64,000 nucleotides of DNA from Paraspadella gotoi (lineage: Eukaryota; Animalia; Chaetognatha): positions 663,178-727,177 of the forward strand of contig JBJCIZ010000239.1 of NCBI GenBank assembly GCA_051294375.1. The letters are read 5' to 3'. A program made the translations under genes and the position numbers. Under the pieces are notes generated by a model. The model ran no database searches, was not told the DNA's origin, and saw nothing but the letters and a program-made list of their open reading frames with translations. Positions 44,441-53,321 of this stretch are shown here, piece by piece. The stretch's first letter is position 1. Each line of letters starts with the position of its first letter.

Positions 44441-44963
44441 TCACCTCCCTTTCTTCCCCTTTTCCTCCAAACTTCATTCCTCGTTGTTTGCATATAAAAC
44501 CATCATTCACTCTCCCGGCTCAAGGTTCGAGCTTTATCCGCCGGGCACGCCTCGTTTCCATCTCCCCCGCTGCGAGCTCAAACTCTCTTCGATATATACA
44601 CCTTTCTCCGTTTTTTTCTTCGGTTGCGCCGCGAGCACTCGCGGTGATACTCTTTTTTTTGGTCAGTCGGTCAGAATTTGAAGGGCTGAAATTTTTGATC
44701 GATTGGTCAATACAAATCTTTCTTTTTTTGTTGCGTTGAGAGTAATTACGAAGTTACAGATCTGCTCAAAAAAAGTTTAAGCTTTGAACCCCCTACTATC
44801 TCGCTTGTCGGTTGTCCTATTAATTAAATGTTAGATTAAATATTATTGAGGCTGTGCTAAAATAAAAAAAAAGGATCAAAATTGTGACTTACAATCTTCT
44901 TTTTTTGTGAAAAAAAAAATTGTATCCATCTTTGTTTTATTTTTTTTTGTTTGTTTTTTTACC

Positions 44964-45040
44964 ATGGAAACTTTAAAACAGCTAAACCCCCCAAAAAAGC
45001 TGCAATTGTTGAGTTTTGGAAGACGGGTTTGTCAAGATAG
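44964..45040 (+). pseudogene. Tc1 transposase N-terminus, first part
   Basis: METLKQLNPPKK/(frameshift)AAIVEFWKTGLSR*, continuing at 52829 as IAQQL, giving the Tc1 paired-like G.S..EIA..L motif. Confidence 0.75.
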
Positions 45041-45373
45041 CATTTAAGTAAGCAGACAGGGATTTCAATATGAAACCAAGTGGAATTTTATTATCAGAAA
45101 ATAGACAAGAGAAGACGGTGTCAATTTTCAAACAGAGTGAATCAAAGCAGAAACAGAGGCTATTTATAATGGCGCAAGTAGACGAAGCCAGTTTCCTCTT
45201 CGGAATCCTCCTCTTCCTCTTCTGGAACCTTCTTTTCCTCTTCCGGAAACTATTGTTCCTTTTCTGGATTTGGCTTCCAAAATCCTTCGAAAATCATTCC
45301 AGAATCTTCTTCCTCTTCCGGAATCCTCTCCTTAATCCTTTCCTCTGTTTCCGGGTTTCATTCATCTGTGATG
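45041..45373 (-). repeat. 3' LTR (~333 bp)
   Basis: Begins 2 nt after the PPT. Contains TATAAATA (45161-45168) and AATAAA (45087-45092) on the minus strand; distal 132 bp duplicated at 52695-52827. The U3 boundary is inferred from the PPT only. Confidence 0.75.
45220..45323. promoter_or_regulatory. Heat-shock element cluster in LTR U3
   Basis: TTCtgGAAccTTC (45220-45232) and TTCcaGAAtcTTC (45297-45309), plus TTCcgGAA at 45241 and 45316; 50-150 bp upstream of the LTR TATA box. Confidence 0.6.
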
Positions 45374-45375
45374 CG

Positions 45376-45387
45376 TCCCCCCTCCTC
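45376..45387 (-). other. Polypurine tract (PPT)
   Basis: GAGGAGGGGGGA on the minus strand, between the pol stop codon (45782) and the LTR. Confidence 0.75.
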
Positions 45388-45781
45388 AGACGACGGCGTA
45401 CGTGGTCAGTCGGTAGCCGAGTGAGTGCTGTTTTGTAATTTTTTGTTTTTGTTCCTTTTTTTATTATCTGAGAAGGGTGAGGCGTTTTTTTTTGCTATTG
45501 TCATCGTCGCGAATTTCCTCTTGGCGATTCCATGGTTGTAAGAGAAAATCGGTCCCCTTTGTTCTCTATATTCCCGATCTACTTAGTACAATATTGATTT
45601 GGTATCCTTTTGAAAGATTGTATCGTTGTTGTCGTCATTTTGGAAGAGATTTTTTTTTTGTGATTTTCTTTAGTTTTACGAAATTTGGTTTTTTAATTTT
45701 TAGTTGTTTATTTGTTTTGGTTTCTACAGCTGCGGTTTTTATCTATGACTAATTTTACATTTTCCTTGTGTGGGTGTCGAG

Positions 45782-48700
45782 TTAGCGCGCTGCCTCCCCC
45801 ACATGCAGCTTTAGCCGGCGCCTGTGGTATTTCATGTTTTTCCCGGCGATTGAAACCACGTAATGGTTTCCGTCTCTCTCGATCACCTTATGGGGGCCGG
45901 AGTATATCCGTTTGACCTTGTTTTCTGTTGGTGCTGCACTGGACATGATAAGGTCACGTCTGGTAAGCACCAGGTCGCCCACTTTGATCTCCTGGGGGCG
46001 CCTGTAAGGATTTGTCCTTGCTGATTGGCGAAAAAGTTTTTCTCTCTGTTCTGCCAGCTTTTCTTGTGCTTTTTCTTGCTTGTCTGCCCTTTGTCGGATG
46101 AAGTCAATGAGGTTTCTCTTAGTATAGTCGTCTGCGCTCTCAACAATTCTAGGTCTGTGTCCAAATTGTATTTCATAAGGCGACATGTCTGTCTTCCAAC
46201 CGACAATGGGTGTGGCATTCAGGAGCAGCATAAGATGTGGGATTTGTTCTAGCCATTTTCTAGGTTGGTCTTCTACAGCCTTGCGCAGAGCCTGGCGGAT
46301 TCGGCCAATGTCCCTTTCGGCTCTGTTGCTGTCTTTCCTTCCCACAAGCACCCGCCTGCTGACTGTATCAAGCAGGTTTAGAATTGACGTCATCGCAGTG
46401 CCATTGAGCTGAGTGGCGCCATCAAAATTGACCTCAAGGTATGCGCCATGTTGTAGAAAAATCTTTTCGTCAAGAGCCTTGACTATGGTTGCTGCATCTG
46501 CTCGGCGCAGTGGAATTGCCCATGTGTAGGCAGATGCATTGTCTGATGCAACTAACATGTAATGGAATCCTGCAGCTGGCGGGAGATGCATCACATCAAT
46601 GCTTAGAGACTCCCATGGGGCGATGGCCAGGTTGGGTGCTGATGGAGTCTCGTTGTTTCTTTGTCCATCGGTTGCTTTTGCGCAGTTGTCGCAGTTCCTG
46701 ACGCACCTTGCTGCGGCTGTTGATAGTCCAGGGGCTGAAATGTACTGGGCAGTGATAAATGCCGTTCTATCTCGACCTGGGTGTCCAAGGTGTTTGTGCA
46801 GTTTTGTTGTTATCTCCTCAGCTCGTGTTGGTGGAACAACGAACTTGGTTGTGGGGGTGTCACCTTTGAAGCCCTTGATGACTAGGATTCCATTGTCAGT
46901 GACATCAAGATCGGGGAAGCAGTTTGACAGGTATCTTTCCGTGATAGTTCGCCTCTTCTGCATTTTTTCTTCAAGTTTCCTCCTTGCTTGTTCACGGTCC
47001 CCTTTGATTAGAGCATCTACCATTAACTTGATAGTTTCATCCTCCTTCTGCCACTTCTTGACCTCAGCAGCTATAGGTATCATCCCATCAACTTTTCCCT
47101 GGGGTCTGGTGGCTTCCTCAGCCATTTCTGCCTCAGTTGCATCAATGTCGGCTTCAAGGGTGCTGTCGATCATTAATTCACCCCTTGCCCCTGGCCAATT
47201 TGTATTGATGGTCTCAATGGCTGCACTGCTTTTCTCTTCTCTGGGGCAGGGCTCTGGTGGTGAAGGAGGCTCTTGGGTCTGAGTTTGGAGGCTTGTTTCT
47301 ATTTGGATGTTAACAAGGTCTTCTGGTAGGGTATTGATATGATGGGTGTTGACCTGTAGGTGTCTCGGTCTTTCCAGTTTTTCAGGTTGTTTGAGGGTTG
47401 CTACTTCGATGGTTTGAACTGGTCCATTGTGAATAGGGCGTTGCTGCAGCTGGTTGATTAGACTGACTTGGCCAGTTATGGTCCGGAAAATCCTCATTTC
47501 TCTGTCGCAATTGCCTGCATCGTACACTCTTTCAAATTTACAGCCAGCCTCTTGTGTAGAATCCTCGTCCATCATGATGATCCTGATGCCTGTCATCTCA
47601 CTCAGGAGTTCCAGTTCAGGGTGACCAAGGCTCCAATCCTTGGCTGATATTGTCCTGATGAATGTGTTTACATCCTTTGTTTTGGGTTTGCCATAAAGCT
47701 TCATCATATTGTCTCTTCTCTCGGCAAATCTTTGTCGTACAAATTCAAAGAACTTTGCCCTGAAAGCCTTGGTTTCCTCCAGGAGGGTCTGCGCCATTAG
47801 TGCAAGTGTGGGGGCATGCCCTGTTACCAGGTCTAAGTGATCTGGTGTGCCGTAACCCTCCACTGGGTTTTCAGCAAAACCTGGCTCATATTCCCCATTC
47901 ACGTCGAATCCAGCAGGGAAGAAGGGCGTATCTAGTGGGGTGACCTGACCCTGTTCTGTGAAGCGGGTGAGAAAGTCAGCCGGATTTTCTGCACTCTTGA
48001 CAAGGATGACCTCTTTTGGTTGGCACTCCTGGCGGATTTCTGTAATCCATCTCAAAACATTCGTGGGGAGCAGTTGCTGCTTGTCATGTTGAAGATCCAT
48101 AACCCTCTTGAAGTATTGAGAATCTGTAACGAGTGTAACCCTCCTGCCACAGGTGTATCCCTTGAATTTCCTAATCATCATGTTGAAGGCTAGGGTCTCG
48201 AGAATGTTGATATGTTTTATCCTGTATTCTTCCGGGAAAGACTTTGAATGGAAGGACAGTGGATATTCAATGCCATCGGCAGTAGCAGTTATTAATCCAC
48301 CCATTGCACTTGTGCTTGCATCTGCATAAATTCGATAGGTTCCATTCTTGATACGGACGTCATTTAAGAAATTCAGTCCGGGCGAGGCCTTGATTTCTTC
48401 TACCAGCTGCTGAAGCATTAGCAAGTGTTGGCTGGTTAGCTTGAAGTCCCTCTTATCCAATAGAGTTAGTGCGTGGAGGGGTTGGGCTATGTAGGAGAAG
48501 CGGTGGGTGAAGCATCTGTAATAGTTTAGTGATGCTAGCATTGCCCTCAGCTCTTTCTGGGTTTTGAGGGTCTTGAGTTTGACTTCTACCGCTTCCAGCT
48601 TCTCCTTTTGAGGCATGAGCTTGTTCTTGGAGATGCTGAACCCCAAGATCTTGATGTCCTCTTTCCGGAGCAAGACGCTTTTTGTCCATTTGAGGACCAC

Positions 48701-51700
48701 ATTCTCATCCCTGCATCTTTGAAGTAGGTATCGGAGTCTTTCTGCCATGTCCTCTGGTGATTTGGCTGTGAGGATTAGGTCATCAACATACACCAGAAAG
48801 CTTTTGACATCGGTTCCCAAGTCCTTAAAGATCTCGTCCAGGATGGCTTGGAGGACATTGACGCTATTGACACCTCCCATTGGCAGCTTATTCATCCANN
48901 NNNNNNNNCCAGCTCCGGCAAAGGTTGTGACAGGCTTGCACCTGTCCGTCAAGTTGACCTGATGGAAGCAAGCTAAGATATCCACGGAGCATTGCAGCTC
49001 ATGCGGCTTGTATTGCTCTAAGATGGATGTAATTGTTTGGGGTTCGGTAGCGTATGTGGAGATATTGTTGTTGACTGTTGAGAGATCGCAGATGAGCCTC
49101 CACTGCTTGGCAAAAGTCTCGTCATTCATTTCGTCTTGGCCTTCGGATATATGTCCTGGCTTCTTTATAAGAAAAGCATTTGAATATGCCTCATTCCTTG
49201 TTCTTGACACGATGCCAGCCTTCTCATAGACCTCAAGGTACCTTTTTAAGGCTGCCTTCTTGACTGGCCCCTGATTTACAAATTTCGGTTTTGGGAGGTC
49301 GTCGTCAGTGTATCCTAGATCCACCTTATAGTTTAGAAAACCTTCCTTGCAGTCATTGATGGTCTCTCCAAAAACGTCGCGAAATTCCCACACTATTTCC
49401 CATACTAGTGGGGCTTTTTCCTTTAGACTTGGATCCACATCTTTGAAGGGTTTTAAGAAGGCCTCTTTTCCACGGTTGTCGTGCTTTTGTCGCCTTTTTT
49501 GGCGGGCCTCCTCAACTGCTTTTAGTTCCTCCAGGGTGGGTTTGTGGCGGACTATGGTAGTAGCTGGAATGTGATCTTTTCTGACTTTCCTTAGGAGAGG
49601 CTTTTCTCCGGTTAGGTCAGCTTGAACCGGTTCTGCTGTGGCTTCAGTTTCAAGTCCAAGGTCCATTTTGGCATCATTGGTTATGAGTGGGCGTGCCTGG
49701 CCCCATGGCCCTGGTTCAGCATCAATCTCCACTCCTTCCCTCAGTTGATTGCCATCGGCAATGTGGATACTGCTTCCATTCTTGGATTCCACAATCCACC
49801 TTGTTCCTGCTAGTGTTTTCCNNNNNNNNNNGCTGGATGTGATTTTAGCTCTTCCTTCAGCATTGAATTCGGCATGTAGAGGTACAGTGGTGTACTCATC
49901 CACGCTTCCATGCGCCAGCCACCTTGCTGCTTTGAGTGCCTCATATTTGTCTCTGAAAAGATGGGTAACAGGCTTGTTCCCCATTGAGGCAACTTGTAAG
50001 TCACTCCTTTGGTTGGATGGCTGAACAACCCATAATTGTTCTGGGGGACCAGGATTGGTGATTGCTGTTCCAATTATGATGTCCTGGTCATTTTCATCTG
50101 CCGAGACATAAAAGACGGTACGGAGCACCCACTTCTGGAACATCACTCGCAGGTTTATCCTTTCAGTCAAGGTTATGGAGCCAGTTGCTGTAGACAGGTG
50201 CAATGGGGTTCCATGGTAAATGTTGCCTGAGAGGGACCATTTTTCAATGAATTTTCTTGGGATCGTGTTGATGGAGGCGCCTGTGTCATATAAACAGCTG
50301 GCTGGGGCTCCCGCAATTACTGCTGGGATATAGCTGTTTTTTCCAGTGTGACAGGCCTTTCCAGTGTCATCCCTCGGTTCTGGTCCTTCATTTCCATTTA
50401 TTATGTTGGTGATCCTTTCAGGAAGACTGGGCATCTCCTTTTCATCCTTAGTGGTCTCTGAGGTGGCTTGTGGAGTGAGGAAGAACTCTGGCTGGTGGCA
50501 CTCCAGCTCCACCCGCCTGATGGTTGCCTGATGAAGAGATTCGCCCATTTGTTCCCCAGCTACGATTTGGTAGGTTGGGTTGTTTAAGGTTCCAGTGGGT
50601 CGAAGCTTCCTAAGGCTTGGCTTCTCCCCACGTTTGACTGGGTTTGGCCTATTCTTTTGTTTGTTTGCTTGGCCAGCGTCCCCGGTTGGGCTTGGTTTGG
50701 GTTCTAGAGTTTGGCAAGGATGTGGGTTGAGCTCCTGGCTTAGGCTTGTGGGGCTTAAGTTGACCGTAGGGCGCGGTTTTGGATGCCGATCCTCTTCCCT
50801 ACTTGCTCTTCTGAATAGCTTGGCGCAGGCTTTGGACCTTGTGATGATGGCCCTCCTGCCAGAGTTATCCATTTCTCCCCACTCTTTCCAGCCTAATTTA
50901 TGCAGGTGTTTGCTGGCGAGGGCCAGCTCCTTTGCTTCAAGAGGTTTGAACAGTTTGAACATTCGAGATGCTGTTGATTTTCCNNNNNNNNNNTTTGCTA
51001 TTTCAGCAATTGATTTTATTTTTATATTTTGATTTTTGTTGACACCTTGTGTGTTTACTCCCATGATTTTTTTTCCAAGTGTTTGATATGTTTCTTTTAA
51101 TTGTTGTTGTAGTTCTTTTTCAATCCTTGCCCTTTTGTTTAAAACACGGCCATCATCTTTTTTGGCATCAAGTTCATGGGACAATTGAATGTCCCGTCTT
51201 TGTCCAAACAAGGGGCCTTTCTTGCCTTTTCTCTCTATAAGCAAGTTGTTTTCCCTTTTACTTTTCCATTCATGGTTTTCATTGTATGCCTTCTTTTTAT
51301 ATGAGCATTCAGAGCTGCGTCGCTCTTGGCGTTCTTGGTGGTGGTATTGGGTAGTCGGATTTTGCCTGGCTAGCGTCTTTAGCTCCTCCATGTTTTCTTT
51401 CAGGTTTTTGAGTTTCTGGAGCGTTGAACCCTGGTAAAAGGCACTGGCATCGGAGATTGGGTCCTGAACAGTGCAGTCTTCAAGCACCAGGGNNNNNNNN
51501 NNNNNNNNNNGGTTGTCCTCTGAGATTGTTTTTCGGATGGCATTGTTGGGATTTCTTTTGAGGTATCCACGGAGTTTGTATTCAATGATTTTTCCAAGTT
51601 GTCGGAGTTCTCCTTTCTCCAGCATCTGGGTCCACTCTAGTGTTTCAGATGTGATGCCGGGGACATAGGGTTCAAGGGCCTCCACAAGCATTTGGGCCAC
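45782..51700 (-). CDS. pol: Gag-Pol polyprotein (C-terminal gag, aspartic protease, RT, RNase H, extra domain, integrase)
   Basis: 1972 aa. Protease LYDTGAS...DIIIG (~50060-50340); RT WRLICD, VDILACFHQ, LPMG, YVDD (48779-48790); RNase H IYADAS...LE...TDS...NPADFLTR (~47960-48340); integrase HKHLGH..CVRNCDNC, SIDVM, NFDGA, RAERD and GPY/F-like YSGPHKV. True start is upstream of the called ORF. Confidence 0.96.
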   Translation of the reverse strand: MAQMLVEALEPYVPGITSETLEWTQMLEKGELRQLGKIIEYKLRGYLKRNPNNAIRKTISEDNXXXXXXXLVLEDCTVQDPISDASAFYQGSTLQKLKNLKENMEELKTLARQNPTTQYHHQERQERRSSECSYKKKAYNENHEWKSKRENNLLIERKGKKGPLFGQRRDIQLSHELDAKKDDGRVLNKRARIEKELQQQLKETYQTLGKKIMGVNTQGVNKNQNIKIKSIAEIAXXXXGKSTASRMFKLFKPLEAKELALASKHLHKLGWKEWGEMDNSGRRAIITRSKACAKLFRRASREEDRHPKPRPTVNLSPTSLSQELNPHPCQTLEPKPSPTGDAGQANKQKNRPNPVKRGEKPSLRKLRPTGTLNNPTYQIVAGEQMGESLHQATIRRVELECHQPEFFLTPQATSETTKDEKEMPSLPERITNIINGNEGPEPRDDTGKACHTGKNSYIPAVIAGAPASCLYDTGASINTIPRKFIEKWSLSGNIYHGTPLHLSTATGSITLTERINLRVMFQKWVLRTVFYVSADENDQDIIIGTAITNPGPPEQLWVVQPSNQRSDLQVASMGNKPVTHLFRDKYEALKAARWLAHGSVDEYTTVPLHAEFNAEGRAKITSSXXXXKTLAGTRWIVESKNGSSIHIADGNQLREGVEIDAEPGPWGQARPLITNDAKMDLGLETEATAEPVQADLTGEKPLLRKVRKDHIPATTIVRHKPTLEELKAVEEARQKRRQKHDNRGKEAFLKPFKDVDPSLKEKAPLVWEIVWEFRDVFGETINDCKEGFLNYKVDLGYTDDDLPKPKFVNQGPVKKAALKRYLEVYEKAGIVSRTRNEAYSNAFLIKKPGHISEGQDEMNDETFAKQWRLICDLSTVNNNISTYATEPQTITSILEQYKPHELQCSVDILACFHQVNLTDRCKPVTTFAGAXXXXWMNKLPMGGVNSVNVLQAILDEIFKDLGTDVKSFLVYVDDLILTAKSPEDMAERLRYLLQRCRDENVVLKWTKSVLLRKEDIKILGFSISKNKLMPQKEKLEAVEVKLKTLKTQKELRAMLASLNYYRCFTHRFSYIAQPLHALTLLDKRDFKLTSQHLLMLQQLVEEIKASPGLNFLNDVRIKNGTYRIYADASTSAMGGLITATADGIEYPLSFHSKSFPEEYRIKHINILETLAFNMMIRKFKGYTCGRRVTLVTDSQYFKRVMDLQHDKQQLLPTNVLRWITEIRQECQPKEVILVKSAENPADFLTRFTEQGQVTPLDTPFFPAGFDVNGEYEPGFAENPVEGYGTPDHLDLVTGHAPTLALMAQTLLEETKAFRAKFFEFVRQRFAERRDNMMKLYGKPKTKDVNTFIRTISAKDWSLGHPELELLSEMTGIRIIMMDEDSTQEAGCKFERVYDAGNCDREMRIFRTITGQVSLINQLQQRPIHNGPVQTIEVATLKQPEKLERPRHLQVNTHHINTLPEDLVNIQIETSLQTQTQEPPSPPEPCPREEKSSAAIETINTNWPGARGELMIDSTLEADIDATEAEMAEEATRPQGKVDGMIPIAAEVKKWQKEDETIKLMVDALIKGDREQARRKLEEKMQKRRTITERYLSNCFPDLDVTDNGILVIKGFKGDTPTTKFVVPPTRAEEITTKLHKHLGHPGRDRTAFITAQYISAPGLSTAAARCVRNCDNCAKATDGQRNNETPSAPNLAIAPWESLSIDVMHLPPAAGFHYMLVASDNASAYTWAIPLRRADAATIVKALDEKIFLQHGAYLEVNFDGATQLNGTAMTSILNLLDTVSRRVLVGRKDSNRAERDIGRIRQALRKAVEDQPRKWLEQIPHLMLLLNATPIVGWKTDMSPYEIQFGHRPRIVESADDYTKRNLIDFIRQRADKQEKAQEKLAEQREKLFRQSARTNPYRRPQEIKVGDLVLTRRDLIMSSAAPTENKVKRIYSGPHKVIERDGNHYVVSIAGKNMKYHRRRLKLHVGEAAR

Positions 51701-52570
51701 ATAGTCGGGGATGGAGGCTTTGTCCTTTTCCCTGACAGTTTCGAAGTTTTCTCTGGCAGCATTGACAAGGGCAATGCCGTATTGGCATGAACACGTGGAT
51801 CCACCTCGATCTTTGCCTCGGTGAGTGCTTCGGTGATTGTGATTGAGGATCCTTCACAGAGCTCGCGCAGTCCCAGCCACATAGATTGGTTGATAGGCAC
51901 AATAAACCTATTGACAACCTTGTCCCGAGCAAGGAGGGCGCGTAGTTGTTGATCAATTTTGGCAGGGGGTGTTTGGGAATCCTTGAAGGCCTCATAAAAG
52001 CTTCTCAAAAAATCTTCTGGTGATTCATCTGGCCTTCTTTTTTCCAATTTGATGGGGTATTCCACTAGAGTTAAAGAAGGTGGTTGAATCTCATTTTTTC
52101 TCCCAACAGTGTTGTTTCTGTGGGCGTGAAGCATGCTTCAAGGGATTGCTTCTTGAGGGGGTTGTAGGCCTTCTCTGGTTGGTCCACTCCAGTGGCACGG
52201 GTTGGATCACTTGGGGTGGAGCTGGTTGCGAGGTTCCAATCAATCTTGTTTTGTTTTTCACTTCATTGAATTTGGTCATCATGGTCGTCAACATATGATG
52301 AAGGTTGTCCATCTTGGAGCCGAGGGTATCTCCACTGGCTTTGACCTTCTGGCTCAGAATGGTGAGGTGTTGCTTGTTGGCCATATTTGCATCATCGACA
52401 ATCTTTAAGATTTGGCGAGTGTTTCTGCTTGGTCATTGTCCAATTGGCAGTTATCCCAGAGAGCTCCATCAAGCTTGAATGTTTGGAACTCCAATTTTTT
52501 CTGGACACTGCTACGTCTTCTGTGTTCGCGGCGCCCGTGACTGGCGCCTCCGCCCTCTCTTCCATCCCGG
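51637..52570 (-). pseudogene. gag: N-terminal gag region broken by about 3 frameshifts
   Basis: Overlapping minus ORFs 52392-52682, 52091-52384 and 51637-52134 tile from the PBS to the long ORF; coiled-coil stretch then ESPEDFLRSF capsid-like motif. Frameshifts may be long-read indels. Confidence 0.65.
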
Positions 52571-52676
52571 TTTGGGTGAAGGAATGTTGGGGGCAGAGTT
52601 GTTGTCCATCTTCTTTAGGGGTGGCGTAGTTGGTGATGTGGTAAGGCTTGTTTTTCTTGGAGACGTGGTGAGTCGA

Positions 52677-52694
52677 GTCCACTCCTGTTCACCA
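52677..52694 (-). other. Primer-binding site, tRNA-Leu-like
   Basis: TGGTGAACAGGAGTGGAC(TCGA) immediately follows the 5' LTR and resembles the complement of eukaryotic tRNA-Leu 3' ends (TGGTGTCAGGAGTGGGATTCGA). Confidence 0.75.
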
Positions 52695-52827
52695 CATTTA
52701 AGTAAGCAGACAGGGATTTCAATATGAAACCAAAGTGGAATTTTATTATCAGAAAATAGACAAGAGAAGACGGTGTCAATTTTCAAACAGAGTGAATCAA
52801 AGCAGAAACAGAGGCTATTTATAATGG
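52695..52827 (-). repeat. 5' LTR remnant (TATA-R-U5 only)
   Basis: 133-bp match to 45041-45172 that stops 4 bp beyond the TATA box, where Tc1 sequence resumes. Confidence 0.9.
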
Positions 52828-52828
52828 G

Positions 52829-53321
52829 ATCGCCCAACAGCTTTATTTTTCTCCTACAGCTATCTGCAGAGTTGTCAACAAATTTGAAGCAGCTGGAAAC
52901 CTTGGACGAGCTGTTGGAAGCAAGCGGCCTTGCACGTCCACAGAGAGCAAGGACGATGACCTGGAAAGTCTCGCAATTCAAGACTGTAAGGCTTCTGCAA
53001 GCCAGTTGAGAAAAAACAGTGAATAGGCGGCTTTTCATGGAGGATAAAGCTCCTGGATACAAAGTCAAAGCCCACCAAAAATTTTAAGAGGAAAACGGGA
53101 TGGAGGTGCTCGAAGGTTGGCTCAGAAACTCGCCTGACTGCAACATCATTGAAAATGTCTGGACAAGGATAAAAAGGGACATTTTGCAGTATAATACAAT
53201 GACAGTCGACAAAATCAAGAAAATTTTTATGCACCCTTCATATTTGCCCAGCCACTAAGACTCTCTCCCTTGTCGCATGGAAGCGGTGCTGAAAGCAAAT
53301 GGTGGTCCGACAATGTATTAA
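52829..53321 (+). pseudogene. Tc1 transposase remnant (HTH plus C-terminal catalytic part; middle deleted)
   Basis: IAQQLYFSPTAICRVVNKFEAAGNLGRAVGSKRP..., then from 53031 LFMEDKAPGY...WLRNSPDCNIIENVWTRIKR...DSLPCRMEAVLKANGGPTMY*, matching Tc1 QDNAP, SPDLNPIE.W and AVI...GG.T.Y motifs; two internal stops in the C-terminal frame. Confidence 0.92.

Larger units (their letters stand above)
45041..52827 (-). mobile_element. Ty3/gypsy LTR retrotransposon, near full length, 5' LTR truncated
   Basis: Direct repeats 45041-45172 and 52695-52827 differing by one A in a homopolymer; PBS, PPT and PR-RT-RH-IN domain order. Confidence 0.95.

Noticed and set aside
45388-45781. env gene or chromodomain downstream of integrase
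   Set aside because: Pol ends shortly after the GPY/F-like motif; the remaining ~400 bp is A-rich on the element strand with no sense ORF in the track.
46025-51668. Plus-strand ORFs overlapping pol (e.g. 46599-47282)
   Set aside because: Antisense shadows of the long coding frame.
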